Below are positions 28,295-37,353 of a stretch of 64,000 nt of DNA, one piece after another. The first letter of the stretch is position 1; every line of letters starts with the position of its first letter. The stretch comes from Escherichia phage vB_EcoM-S1P5QW. Where the stretch lies: the sequence record OL956808.1, one strand, 5' to 3'. The position numbers and the translations under genes were made by a program. The notes beneath the pieces are model-generated. The model did not search any database. It saw only the letters and a program-made list of their open reading frames with translations, and had not been told where the DNA came from.

Positions 28295-28918
28295 ATGATT
28301 ATTAATCTTGCAGATGTTGAACAGTTATCTATAAAAGCTGAAAGCGTTGATTTTCAATATGATATGTATAAAAAGGTCTGTGAAAAATTTACTGATTTTG
28401 AGCAGTCTGTTCTTTGGCAATGTATGGAAGCTAAAAAGAATGAAGCTCTTCATCGGCAATTGAATAAAATCATTAAAAAGCATTTAACTAAATCGCCTTA
28501 TCAGTTATATCGTGGTATATCAAAATCGACAAAAGAACTTATTAAAGATTTACAAGTTGGAGAAGTGTTTTCAACGAACAGAGTAGATTCATTTACTACT
28601 AGTTTGCATACAGCGTGTTCTTTTTCTTATGCTGAATATTTCACTGAAACAATACTTCGTTTAAAAACTGATAAAGCTTTTAATTATTCTGACCATATCA
28701 GCGATATTATACTTTCTTCTCCTAACACTGAGTTTAAGTACACGTATGAAGATACTGATGGGTTAGATTCAGAAAGAACTGATAACTTAATGATGATTGT
28801 ACATGAACAAGAATGGATGATTCCAATTGGAAAGTATAAAATAACTTCTATTTCAAAAGAAAAATTACACGATTCATTTGGAACATTTAAAGTTTATGAT
28901 ATTGAGGTAGTTGAATGA
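28295..28918 (+). CDS. modB: ADP-ribosyltransferase ModB (probable)
   Basis: 207 aa; R-S-E triad-like motifs (LYRGIS, STSL, EQEWMIP); tandem with paralogue. Confidence 0.75.
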   Translation: MIINLADVEQLSIKAESVDFQYDMYKKVCEKFTDFEQSVLWQCMEAKKNEALHRQLNKIIKKHLTKSPYQLYRGISKSTKELIKDLQVGEVFSTNRVDSFTTSLHTACSFSYAEYFTETILRLKTDKAFNYSDHISDIILSSPNTEFKYTYEDTDGLDSERTDNLMMIVHEQEWMIPIGKYKITSISKEKLHDSFGTFKVYDIEVVE

Positions 28919-29517
28919 AATACTCAGTAATGCAACTAAAAGATTTTAAAATAAAATCAATGGATGCATCGGTGCGTGCTTCTATTCGTGAAGAATTACT
29001 TTCTGAAGGGTTTAATTTATCTGAAATTGAACTTTTAATTCATTGTATTACTAATAAGCCAGATGACCATACTTGGTTAAATGAAATAATCAAATCTCGT
29101 TTGGTTCCAAACGATAAACCTCTTTGGAGAGGTGTTCCAGTTGAGACTAAACAAATATTAAATCAAGGAATTGATATTATTACATTTGATAAAGTAGTAT
29201 CAGCTTCATATGATAAAAATATAGCTCTACATTTTGCTTCCGGTTTAGAGTATAACACACAAGTTATTTTTGAATTCAAAGCTCCTATGGTATTCAATTT
29301 CCAGGAGTATGCCATAAAAGCTCTACGCTGTAAAGAATACAATCCAAACTTTAAGTTTCCGGATAGCCATCGTTATCGTAATATGGAATTAGTTTCAGAT
29401 GAACAAGAAGTAATGATACCAGCTGGAAGTGTATTTAGAATTGCAGATAGATATGAGTACAAAAAGTATTCAACATACACTATCTATACTCTTGATTTTG
29501 AAGGATTTAATCTATAA
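28915..29517 (+). CDS. modA: ADP-ribosyltransferase ModA (probable)
   Basis: 200 aa; motifs LWRGV, SASY, EQEVMIP; immediately upstream of srd. Confidence 0.75.
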   Translation: MKYSVMQLKDFKIKSMDASVRASIREELLSEGFNLSEIELLIHCITNKPDDHTWLNEIIKSRLVPNDKPLWRGVPVETKQILNQGIDIITFDKVVSASYDKNIALHFASGLEYNTQVIFEFKAPMVFNFQEYAIKALRCKEYNPNFKFPDSHRYRNMELVSDEQEVMIPAGSVFRIADRYEYKKYSTYTIYTLDFEGFNL

Positions 29518-29574
29518 TGGAAGGACTTAGATTCATTATACCATGAAATTTTTAAAGCATTTTTACATAAAGTT

Positions 29575-29606
29575 GTTTACAAGTTAAAGTAAAAATGTTA
29601 TAGTAT
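29575..29606 (+). promoter_or_regulatory. Early promoter (-35 GTTTACA, -10 TATAGT) upstream of srd
   Basis: 17-bp spacing between hexamers. Confidence 0.5.
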
Positions 29607-29640
29607 AAGTAGTTAACCGTCCGTAAGATGTGAGAAAAAT

Positions 29641-30387
29641 ATGAAGCTGTCTAATAACCAAATTCGTAAAATTAAACGTCGTTTAGAGCATACTCAGGCA
29701 TCTGCAAAAAGACGTTCTAAAGATTTTAACTTAGACTTCAATTACATTAAGAACATTTTAGATCAAAAAGTTTGTGCCTATTCAGGAGAACCTTTTGATA
29801 ATCGTATTGAAGGAGAGAAATTATCATTAGAACGTTTTGATAATAACGTTGGATACATTAAAGGGAATGTTATTGCAGTAAAGAAAAAGTATAATACATT
29901 TCGTTCTGATTATACTTTAGAAGAGTTGATTGAAAAACGGGATTTATTTGCTTTGCGAATTGGTCGTTCATCTGCGAAAAAAGTTCATAAACTAAATTTA
30001 GATGAAAAGAAATGGGCTAAAATCAAAAAGACTTATAATCAAATTAAAGCTATACAGAAAAAGCGTGAAAATCGAATTGAACACATTTCTCAGCTTTCTA
30101 AATCAAAACAGACCTCTGACATTAAGCTAAGGATTATAGCACTTAAAGCTCGTATTGATGGTTCTCGCATAGCAGAAGGCGCTGAAGTTGTTAAACTGAA
30201 CGTTCTTCTTAAAGGCTCGGATTGGAAAATTGTGAAAAAGTTGTCAGAAGCAGAAATGCAATATGATATGTGTGATAAAATTATTCAAGGTGTAGAGCGG
30301 TATCAAAACTTGTCTTTTATTGATAAACTTAAACTGAAAAGAGGATACCCGCTAAATTGTTCAATTTTTAAACTTATCCGAGGATAA
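29641..30387 (+). CDS. srd: Srd-like protein (sigma-70/sigma-S decoy, RNase E activator)
   Basis: 248 aa basic protein at the T4 srd position between modA and dda. Confidence 0.7.
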   Translation: MKLSNNQIRKIKRRLEHTQASAKRRSKDFNLDFNYIKNILDQKVCAYSGEPFDNRIEGEKLSLERFDNNVGYIKGNVIAVKKKYNTFRSDYTLEELIEKRDLFALRIGRSSAKKVHKLNLDEKKWAKIKKTYNQIKAIQKKRENRIEHISQLSKSKQTSDIKLRIIALKARIDGSRIAEGAEVVKLNVLLKGSDWKIVKKLSEAEMQYDMCDKIIQGVERYQNLSFIDKLKLKRGYPLNCSIFKLIRG

Positions 30388-30388
30388 T

Positions 30389-30700
30389 ATGGTTTATGTA
30401 TATGCGATAGTTTACCGAGACAAAGACGGATTTACGGCGCCAGTTCCGCTTGATGAACATCGTCCTGCTGTATTTTTTGAATGGAATATTGCTGACAAAG
30501 TATTTACCACTCTTAAAGAGCAGTATCAACTAGCTTTAGGTAAGGGAATTCCAAGATTAGTTGAGACTCCACGTAAATTTTGGTTTAATAAAATAGAAGT
30601 TAAACATGTTAAGCCTGATGTAGATACACAAAGATTATATCAACGAATTCTAGATACTGGGCGTATTGTTAGTATTCCAATTGCAGGGACTTTCCGATGA
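30389..30700 (+). CDS. Hypothetical protein (103 aa), T4 dda.1 position
   Basis: ORF coupled to dda. Confidence 0.6.
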   Translation: MVYVYAIVYRDKDGFTAPVPLDEHRPAVFFEWNIADKVFTTLKEQYQLALGKGIPRLVETPRKFWFNKIEVKHVKPDVDTQRLYQRILDTGRIVSIPIAGTFR

Positions 30701-32016
30701 CATTTGATGATTTGACCGAAGGCCAGAAAAATGCCTTTAACATTGTTATGAGGGCTATTAAAGAAAAGAAACATCATGTAACTATTAATGGACCTGCTGG
30801 TACTGGTAAGACTACTCTTACTAAGTTCATCATTGAAGCTTTAATATCTACGGGTGAAACTGGTATTATTTTAGCAGCTCCTACTCATGCAGCTAAAAAG
30901 ATTCTTTCAAAACTGTCGGGGAAAGAAGCGAGTACTATTCACAGTATTCTTAAAATTAACCCGGTAACATATGAAGAAAACGTTCTTTTTGAACAAAAAG
31001 AAGTACCAGATTTAGCTAAATGCAGGGTATTAATCTGCGATGAAGTGTCAATGTATGATAGAAAGCTATTTAAAATTCTGCTTTCAACTATCCCGCCGTG
31101 GTGTACTATAATTGGAATAGGGGATAATAAGCAAATTAGACCTGTTGACCCAGGAGAAAATACTGCTTATATCAGTCCATTCTTTACACATAAAGATTTT
31201 TATCAGTGTGAACTCACTGAAGTTAAACGCAGTAATGCTCCTATTATTGATGTAGCTACTGACGTTCGTAACGGTAAGTGGATTTATGATAAAGTTGTTG
31301 ACGGGCATGGAGTACGTGGATTTACTGGTGATACCGCTTTACGCGATTTTATGGTAAATTATTTTTCAATTGTTAAATCATTAGATGATTTGTTTGAAAA
31401 TCGTGTGATGGCATTTACGAATAAATCTGTTGATAAGTTAAATAGCATTATTCGTAAAAAGATTTTTGAAACTGATAAAGATTTTATTGTCGGTGAAATT
31501 ATTGTAATGCAGGAACCATTAATTAAAACATATAAAATTGATGGAAAGCCTGTATCAGAAATTATTTTTAATAATGGGCAATTAGTTCGTATTATAGAAG
31601 CAGAGTATACATCGACGTTTGTTAAAGCTCGTGGTGTTCCTGGAGAATACTTAATTCGTCATTGGGATTTAACAGTAGAAACTTACGGCGATGATGAATA
31701 TTATCGTGAAAAGATTAAAATAATTTCATCTGATGAAGAGCTATATAAGTTTAACCTGTTTTTAGGTAAAACGGCAGAAACTTATAAAAATTGGAACAAA
31801 GGCGGAAAAGCTCCATGGAGTGATTTTTGGGATGCTAAATCACAGTTCAGTAAAGTGAAAGCACTTCCTGCATCAACATTCCATAAAGCTCAGGGTATGT
31901 CTGTAGACCGTGCTTTCATTTATACGCCTTGTATTCATTATGCAGATGCTGAACTAGCTCAACAACTTCTTTATGTTGGTGTCACCCGCGGTCGTTATGA
32001 TGTGTTTTATGTGTGA
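30697..32016 (+). CDS. dda: Dda DNA helicase (SF1B)
   Basis: 439 aa; Walker A GPAGTGKTT, DEVSM; matches recalled T4 Dda. Confidence 0.95.
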   Translation: MTFDDLTEGQKNAFNIVMRAIKEKKHHVTINGPAGTGKTTLTKFIIEALISTGETGIILAAPTHAAKKILSKLSGKEASTIHSILKINPVTYEENVLFEQKEVPDLAKCRVLICDEVSMYDRKLFKILLSTIPPWCTIIGIGDNKQIRPVDPGENTAYISPFFTHKDFYQCELTEVKRSNAPIIDVATDVRNGKWIYDKVVDGHGVRGFTGDTALRDFMVNYFSIVKSLDDLFENRVMAFTNKSVDKLNSIIRKKIFETDKDFIVGEIIVMQEPLIKTYKIDGKPVSEIIFNNGQLVRIIEAEYTSTFVKARGVPGEYLIRHWDLTVETYGDDEYYREKIKIISSDEELYKFNLFLGKTAETYKNWNKGGKAPWSDFWDAKSQFSKVKALPASTFHKAQGMSVDRAFIYTPCIHYADAELAQQLLYVGVTRGRYDVFYV

Positions 32017-32022
32017 GGCTAT

Positions 32023-32283
32023 ATGATTAACATCAATTCAAAATATTTAAATCGTCTAATAGATGGTATAAGGAAGCATACTAATAAGCAAGATAATCTC
32101 GATGTTATGGTAACAGGAGCTGAGCTCCTTCATAAGCTTTATCTTATAAGTGATACTATATTAGCAATTAAACGAATTGAAAAACAATCATATCACAGTA
32201 ATACAGATACGGTAATTACACTAGATGAAAGTGTCTGTAAATTACTAATTAAATTTGAGGAAGCTATTCGTGGAAATAACTAA
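32023..32283 (+). CDS. Hypothetical protein (86 aa), member of tandem paralogue trio
   Basis: C-terminal similarity to the two following ORFs. Confidence 0.6.
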   Translation: MININSKYLNRLIDGIRKHTNKQDNLDVMVTGAELLHKLYLISDTILAIKRIEKQSYHSNTDTVITLDESVCKLLIKFEEAIRGNN

Positions 32284-32515
32284 AGATCAGTTTTATCTTC
32301 TTCAGGATAAAGTTAGCGAAATTTATGAAATTGCTCATGGTAAAAATCGTGAAACTGTAAAAATTGAATCTAGTAAGTTGATGCTTCAATTAGAAGAAAT
32401 TGAACGAGATTTAATTGCGTTAGAATTCTTTTGTGGTGAAGTGAAAACTGTTACAATCAATGATTACGTTTTAGGCGAAATTAGCTATCTTTATGAGGCG
32501 ATTATTAATGATTGA
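32255..32515 (+). CDS. Hypothetical protein, tandem paralogue 2 (start uncertain; possibly GTG at 32270)
   Basis: Clear sequence similarity to ORF 32493..32750 (QF..L...V...I.E.....V.I...L....EEI..D......F..E....V.I.DY..G.I..L). Confidence 0.55.
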   Translation: MRKLFVEITKDQFYLLQDKVSEIYEIAHGKNRETVKIESSKLMLQLEEIERDLIALEFFCGEVKTVTINDYVLGEISYLYEAIIND

Positions 32516-32750
32516 ATTAAGTTGGTACCAGTTTAAATCTCTTATGGCAAATGTTAAAGCTGTCATTCAAGAAAATTCAGGACCTGATAATGTTACTATT
32601 CGCGAAAAAGCTTTAAAGATAGTATACAGTCTTGAAGAGATACAAAAAGATATTGAATCTATGGCAAAATTTATTGATGAGCCTATTAATAAAGTTTATA
32701 TTCAAGACTATACTGTAGGCCAAATTCGTGATTTAGCGAGGAAAATTTAA
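32493..32750 (+). CDS. Hypothetical protein, tandem paralogue 3 (possibly starting at ATG 32508)
   Basis: Paralogous to previous ORF; ATGA-coupled to dexA. Confidence 0.55.
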   Translation: MRRLLMIELSWYQFKSLMANVKAVIQENSGPDNVTIREKALKIVYSLEEIQKDIESMAKFIDEPINKVYIQDYTVGQIRDLARKI

Positions 32751-33433
32751 TGTTTGATTTTATTATAGATTTTGAAACAATGGGAAGCGGTGAAAAAGCA
32801 GCTGTTATTGATTTGGCTGTAATTGCTTTTGACCCTAACCCAGAAGTAGTTGAATCATTCGATGAACTAGTTTCACGTGGCATTAAAATCAAATTTGATT
32901 TAAAAAGCCAAAAAGGACATCGTCTTTTTACTAAAAGCACTATCGAATGGTGGAAAAATCAGTCTCCTGAAGCTCGAAAAAATATTGCACCATCCGATGA
33001 AGATGTAAGCACCATTGATGGTATTGCAAAATTCAACGATTACATCAATGCACATAATATCGATCCTTGGAAATCTCAAGGCTGGTGCCGTGGAATGTCG
33101 TTTGATTTTCCAATTTTAGTCGATCTCATTCGCGATATTCAACGTCTTAATGGCGTTTCCGAGAATGAGCTTGATACATTTAAGTTAGAACCATGTAAAT
33201 TCTGGAATCAGCGTGATATTCGTACCAGAATTGAAGCACTTCTGCTTGTTCGTGATATGACCACGTGTCCTCTTCCAAAGGGAACTTTAGATGGATTCGT
33301 TGCACATGATTCTATTCATGACTGTGCGAAAGACATCCTGATGATGAAGTATGCTTTGCGATACGCTATGGGTCTTGAAGATGCTCCGTCAGAGGAAGAT
33401 TGCGATCCTCTGTCTCTTCCAACAAAACGATAA
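32750..33433 (+). CDS. dexA: Exonuclease A (DnaQ-like 3'-5' exonuclease)
   Basis: 227 aa; MFDFIIDFETMG exo motif; matches recalled T4 DexA. Confidence 0.9.
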   Translation: MFDFIIDFETMGSGEKAAVIDLAVIAFDPNPEVVESFDELVSRGIKIKFDLKSQKGHRLFTKSTIEWWKNQSPEARKNIAPSDEDVSTIDGIAKFNDYINAHNIDPWKSQGWCRGMSFDFPILVDLIRDIQRLNGVSENELDTFKLEPCKFWNQRDIRTRIEALLLVRDMTTCPLPKGTLDGFVAHDSIHDCAKDILMMKYALRYAMGLEDAPSEEDCDPLSLPTKR

Positions 33434-33437
33434 AAAG

Positions 33438-33472
33438 TTGTTTACTTCCTCGGTTAGTTGTGGTATTATAAC
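33438..33472 (+). promoter_or_regulatory. Early promoter (-35 GTTTAC, -10 TATTAT)
   Basis: AAAAAGTTGTTTACTTCC...GTGGTATTATA. Confidence 0.45.
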
Positions 33473-33496
33473 ACCATAGCTACTGAGGATAATAAA

Positions 33497-34009
33497 ATGA
33501 AAATTTATCGTGTTGAATCATCGTTTAGCGCATTAAATGATGATAGTGGTATAGTCAAAATTAGGCAAGAGTTATGCGTTCAATCAACTCCTTATCGTGG
33601 ATTTGATTCTATGAAAACTCGAACTTGGCTAAAATTTTGCGGTATTAATTCATCGTCATTTCATCATCATAGCGATAATTATGAAAGCCATGAAAGTATT
33701 CCTATTCCACACGATGATAAGTTATTAGTTGAAAATGCTAATGATGTTATTAAAACTAAATGGAATAAAGATTATTCACGAATTGAAAATTATATTCCAT
33801 TGTGGTTTATTGCATTATATCATTTTGCTTTCGCTAGTGAATATGATATGATGAGATGGTTCACTCGAGAAGAGCGTGAAGACTTAAAAGAACGTGGAAT
33901 GTACATTGCGATTTATGAAGTGCCAGATGACCAAGTTATCATTGGCGGACATCAAGTAATGTTCCGCAAATCGCATGCCGAATTAAAAGGCTTTATTACT
34001 TTAGATTAA
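33497..34009 (+). CDS. Hypothetical protein (170 aa; internal start of track ORF 33458..34009)
   Basis: RBS GAGGATAA before ATG 33497. Confidence 0.55.
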   Translation: MKIYRVESSFSALNDDSGIVKIRQELCVQSTPYRGFDSMKTRTWLKFCGINSSSFHHHSDNYESHESIPIPHDDKLLVENANDVIKTKWNKDYSRIENYIPLWFIALYHFAFASEYDMMRWFTREEREDLKERGMYIAIYEVPDDQVIIGGHQVMFRKSHAELKGFITLD

Positions 34010-34019
34010 AGAGAAAATC

Positions 34020-34457
34020 ATGATTAAAAATAATGCTGTTTATCAATTGAAAAAATTTGATGAAATTAAGAATTTTTCGGTACTGTCTAATACAGCTCAT
34101 AATAAGTTTTGTGAACTTCTTGGTTTAACTGGCGGATATCCTTTTACTGTTATTAGTGTTAATAGCGGAATTCTTATCGGTATGATGTATATTGAAATTA
34201 GAAACTATTATGGAATGGTATCATCGCTTATTATTTATGAAAAAGATTTTAGTCTATTGACAGAAATTGAAAAACCTGAAGATCCAACTGATCTGCTGCG
34301 TAAGGCAGTTTATATTCGTCGTCCATTCGCGAATCCTGTTGGTGGATGGGTGACTGATCAGTGGATTGAAGATGGTGTTGAACTTCTGAACGTAGTTCAT
34401 GCTGGAGAGTACTCTGTAGTTCCTCGCAGCGCAGTGATTAATGTTCGTGTAAGCTAG
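34020..34457 (+). CDS. Hypothetical protein (145 aa), first of three tandem paralogues sharing a C-terminal domain
   Basis: C-terminus GGWVTDQWIEDGVELLNVVHAGEYSVVPRSAV similar to next two ORFs. Confidence 0.6.
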   Translation: MIKNNAVYQLKKFDEIKNFSVLSNTAHNKFCELLGLTGGYPFTVISVNSGILIGMMYIEIRNYYGMVSSLIIYEKDFSLLTEIEKPEDPTDLLRKAVYIRRPFANPVGGWVTDQWIEDGVELLNVVHAGEYSVVPRSAVINVRVS

Positions 34458-34529
34458 TTTACAAACTCTTGGGACCAGAGTATAATGGTCCTGCGGAGTA
34501 TAAATCTTAACAACAAAGAGAGAAAAATT

Positions 34530-35003
34530 ATGATTACTATCGGTGAAATTAAGCGTGTATCGTCTGCATCTCGTTCTAAAGCTGCAGGTCGTTTAGTTGA
34601 AGTGGTAGGACTTCGTACTAATGGTACTGGTCGTGTTAAAGAAGTTAAAGTTCGAATCATTCCTAGTTCTGGAAAAACTGAAACTCAGTACGCTTACGTA
34701 AGTCCTAAATTTCTGGAAACTCGTGTTAGCTCTCATTTTGCTTCTGTTGAAGAAGTTGAATCTACTGAGTCTAATACACAATTTAAATGGGCGTTGTGTA
34801 AAGGCGTTGAATTTGTAACTGATGAAGAATTCGATTATATTGATGATTTCGCTGGTCCAAGTAAAACTGATAGGATGTGTGGCTTCATCACAGACCAATG
34901 GGTTGAAGATGGTGAAAAGCTCTACAATATCGTATTCTTAGGTGACTTCCGGGTTGTTGAAGAATCTGAAATCACTCGTTATGCTTCTCCTCGTAAAGCT
35001 TAA
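34530..35003 (+). CDS. Hypothetical protein (157 aa), tandem paralogue (MotB-region family)
   Basis: N-terminus VSSASRSKAAGRLVEVVG and C-terminus GFITDQWVEDGEKLYNIVFLGDFRVV shared with 35013..35432. Confidence 0.6.
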   Translation: MITIGEIKRVSSASRSKAAGRLVEVVGLRTNGTGRVKEVKVRIIPSSGKTETQYAYVSPKFLETRVSSHFASVEEVESTESNTQFKWALCKGVEFVTDEEFDYIDDFAGPSKTDRMCGFITDQWVEDGEKLYNIVFLGDFRVVEESEITRYASPRKA

Positions 35004-35012
35004 GGAATTATT

Positions 35013-35432
35013 ATGAATATTGTAAATCTCTCTACTGGTGATTACGTATATGTATCCGTTGCTTCTCGTTCTAAAGTTGCAGGAAAGCTGGTTGAAGTTC
35101 TTTCTGTAAGTGATCCAGTTTTTGGTCGTAACGAGGTTAAAGTTCGTGACGCTGATGGTAACATTGGTTATGTCTCAAGTCAGTTCATTGAGCCAGAAGA
35201 ACGCGCATTTAAATGGAAACTTTGTTCTTCAGTTTTAGTTGTAAAAGACCATAAATTCACAATTGCGGCGGCAACAGATGGAACTCCATGGACAACGAAT
35301 CAAGTCGCTGGTTTTATTTCGGACCGTTGGGTAGAAGATGGTGTCAAGCTCTACAATATTGTTTTTGCAGGCCAGTTCATGGTAGTTCCTGAATTCCAAA
35401 TTAAAAAATGGTGCGAAGCAGCTTTAGCATAA
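35013..35432 (+). CDS. Hypothetical protein (139 aa), tandem paralogue (MotB-region family)
   Basis: VSVASRSKVAGKLVEV... and GFISDRWVEDGVKLYNIVFAGQFMVV. Confidence 0.6.
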   Translation: MNIVNLSTGDYVYVSVASRSKVAGKLVEVLSVSDPVFGRNEVKVRDADGNIGYVSSQFIEPEERAFKWKLCSSVLVVKDHKFTIAAATDGTPWTTNQVAGFISDRWVEDGVKLYNIVFAGQFMVVPEFQIKKWCEAALA

Positions 35433-35541
35433 ATTTGCATAAAGTTTAAATTTTTTTTTCATAAAACTATATACATCAGTAGTTGATTATGGTACTATAT
35501 CAATATCAACTACTGATACAGAAAACAACTTGGAGAATAAA

Positions 35542-35811
35542 ATGGAAAATTTAATTATCATCGAGCAATCTTTCAATGATTATGGTATGGCTTACGGTTA
35601 TCGTGCGATAATGGAAGATTCTCGTGGATGTGTTATCGATATTGCTGAATGTAAAGATTTACTGCAGCTTTTGAAGATTGTTCGCAAAAATTGGGATTGC
35701 GAAAATATTAAAGTTCGAGTTGTTACAGAAGAAGAAACTGTTTTTCATGATGTAAAATTCGCTAAAGGTGCTGCTACTCTTCTGAAACGCATCGCTCCAC
35801 TGTTCAATTAA
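35542..35811 (+). CDS. Hypothetical protein (89 aa)
   Basis: ATG 35542 with RBS GGAGAATAAA. Confidence 0.55.
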   Translation: MENLIIIEQSFNDYGMAYGYRAIMEDSRGCVIDIAECKDLLQLLKIVRKNWDCENIKVRVVTEEETVFHDVKFAKGAATLLKRIAPLFN

Positions 35812-35824
35812 TGAGGAAATTGTA

Positions 35825-36040
35825 ATGAAACGTAAAATTGTTCAGAATTGCACTAATGACGAATTTGAAGATGTACTATTCGATCCAGATTTGGTAGTAG
35901 TTCAAAAAGAACATACCGTTAAGTTTACTCACTTGACTTCGGTTTATGTGTATGAAAAGGTTGGTGATAAACAACCAATTTACGGTGTATTTCGTGAAAT
36001 TACTGAAGATGGCACAACTTACTGGAAGGAAACTTATTAA
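35825..36040 (+). CDS. Hypothetical protein (71 aa); cef-like by position/length (tentative)
   Basis: 71 aa ORF in the motB-39 interval. Confidence 0.45.
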   Translation: MKRKIVQNCTNDEFEDVLFDPDLVVVQKEHTVKFTHLTSVYVYEKVGDKQPIYGVFREITEDGTTYWKETY

Positions 36041-36465
36041 TGGCTATTAAATTTGAAGTTAATAAATGGTATCAATTTAAAAATAAACAAGCTCAAGAAG
36101 ATTTTATCAAGGACCATACTGAAAACGGAATTTATGCACGTCGTCTTGGTATGGAACCTTTTAGAGTTACAGATATTGACTATCTTGGTCGTCCTACTAA
36201 ACTTGTGACATCTAGTGGAAAATTGGCGTTATCTTCTGGTAAAGATATTTTGGATGAAGATTTTATCTGGCTTTCAACGAGCGAAGCTGTGTTCTTTGAT
36301 GAAGTGGAAAATCCATACCAGGCAGCCGAAGAGCAAGAGCAGGAAGAGAAAGAGCAAGAACAAATAGAAGATTTCACAGAATTCCCGGTCATGAAAGTTA
36401 CTATTGAAAATAATGAACATGCATGGTCCTTGTATCAGATGTTGAAAGCACATTTTAAGGAATAA
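36040..36465 (+). CDS. Hypothetical protein (141 aa) with acidic [11 protein letters not shown] tract; goF-like by position/length (tentative)
   Basis: ORF; low-complexity acidic region. Confidence 0.5.
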   Translation: MAIKFEVNKWYQFKNKQAQEDFIKDHTENGIYARRLGMEPFRVTDIDYLGRPTKLVTSSGKLALSSGKDILDEDFIWLSTSEAVFFDEVENPYQAAEEQEQEEKEQEQIEDFTEFPVMKVTIENNEHAWSLYQMLKAHFKE

Positions 36466-36467
36466 TT

Positions 36468-36644
36468 ATGCCAATGTATGATTATAAATGCCAATCCGAA
36501 GATTGCGGGCATGAATATGAAAAAATTAAAAAGATTTCTGAACGAGAAAATGATGTTTGCCCTAAATGCCATCGTTTGTCTACTCGTCGGCCTTCTGCTC
36601 CTAAGCATGTGAATGGTGGTTTTTACGATTTACTTAAAGGGTGA
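36468..36644 (+). CDS. Zinc-ribbon protein (58 aa), FmdB-like CxnC...CPxC, not in ORF track
   Basis: MPMYDYKCQSEDCGHEYE...CPKCH; ATG 2 nt after upstream stop. Confidence 0.5.
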   Translation: MPMYDYKCQSEDCGHEYEKIKKISERENDVCPKCHRLSTRRPSAPKHVNGGFYDLLKG

Positions 36645-37018
36645 TTATGTTTAAAATCGGTAAGAAATATCGTATTCGCGAAGGCGAAGAAAAGAAATAT
36701 CTAATGTCTGCTATTTATAGGAATGGTTCTATTAATGCTGTAATATCTACAAGCGAATTTATCGTTGAAGATATGAAAGGTCATAATGTTACAATGATTA
36801 GTACAGCATCTGGAAATGATGGAAAAATTCTTCATAGTTGTCAGAGTAATGTTCTAATTTATGATGAAGAATTTGACTTCTTCAAAGAAGTTTCCGAAGA
36901 TTTTGATTTTGAATGTACTATTACTATGAAATCTGGTGACCCTCTTTCTTTTACAGTTAAAGATGAAAGAAGCCGTTTAAGAATTATTAGTCTCCTTCAA
37001 GCTATTAAATTTAAGTGA
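36641..37018 (+). CDS. Hypothetical protein (125 aa)
   Basis: ORF (GTG 36641 or ATG 36647). Confidence 0.6.
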   Translation: MIMFKIGKKYRIREGEEKKYLMSAIYRNGSINAVISTSEFIVEDMKGHNVTMISTASGNDGKILHSCQSNVLIYDEEFDFFKEVSEDFDFECTITMKSGDPLSFTVKDERSRLRIISLLQAIKFK

Positions 37019-37284
37019 AAATTATGAAATATATTAATCGTTCTATTGCAGCATTAGTATTAGCAGTATCTTTAGTAGGATGCACTGATGCTGATAATGC
37101 AACTAAAATTTTATCATCAAGTGGTTTTACGAATATTGAAATCACTGGATATAATTGGTTTGGTTGTTCTGAAAATGATTTCCAACATACTGGATTTCGT
37201 GCTATTGGACCTACTGGGCAGAAAGTAGAAGGAACAGTATGTTCTGGGCTGTTCTTTAAGGATTCAACTATTCGTTTTAAATAA
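37015..37284 (+). CDS. Predicted lipoprotein (89 aa)
   Basis: Signal peptide with lipobox LVG-C (MKYINRSIAALVLAVSLVGC). Confidence 0.55.
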   Translation: MKIMKYINRSIAALVLAVSLVGCTDADNATKILSSSGFTNIEITGYNWFGCSENDFQHTGFRAIGPTGQKVEGTVCSGLFFKDSTIRFK

Positions 37285-37285
37285 A

Positions 37286-37305
37286 AGGCCTTCGGGCCTT
37301 TAGCT
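37286..37305 (+). terminator. AGGCC-UUCG-GGCCU hairpin
   Basis: Tetraloop hairpin after lipoprotein ORF. Confidence 0.45.
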
Positions 37306-37353
37306 TTATGATTGCCGGAGTATAATATTCCCGAAACCAAACGAGGATAAGTG

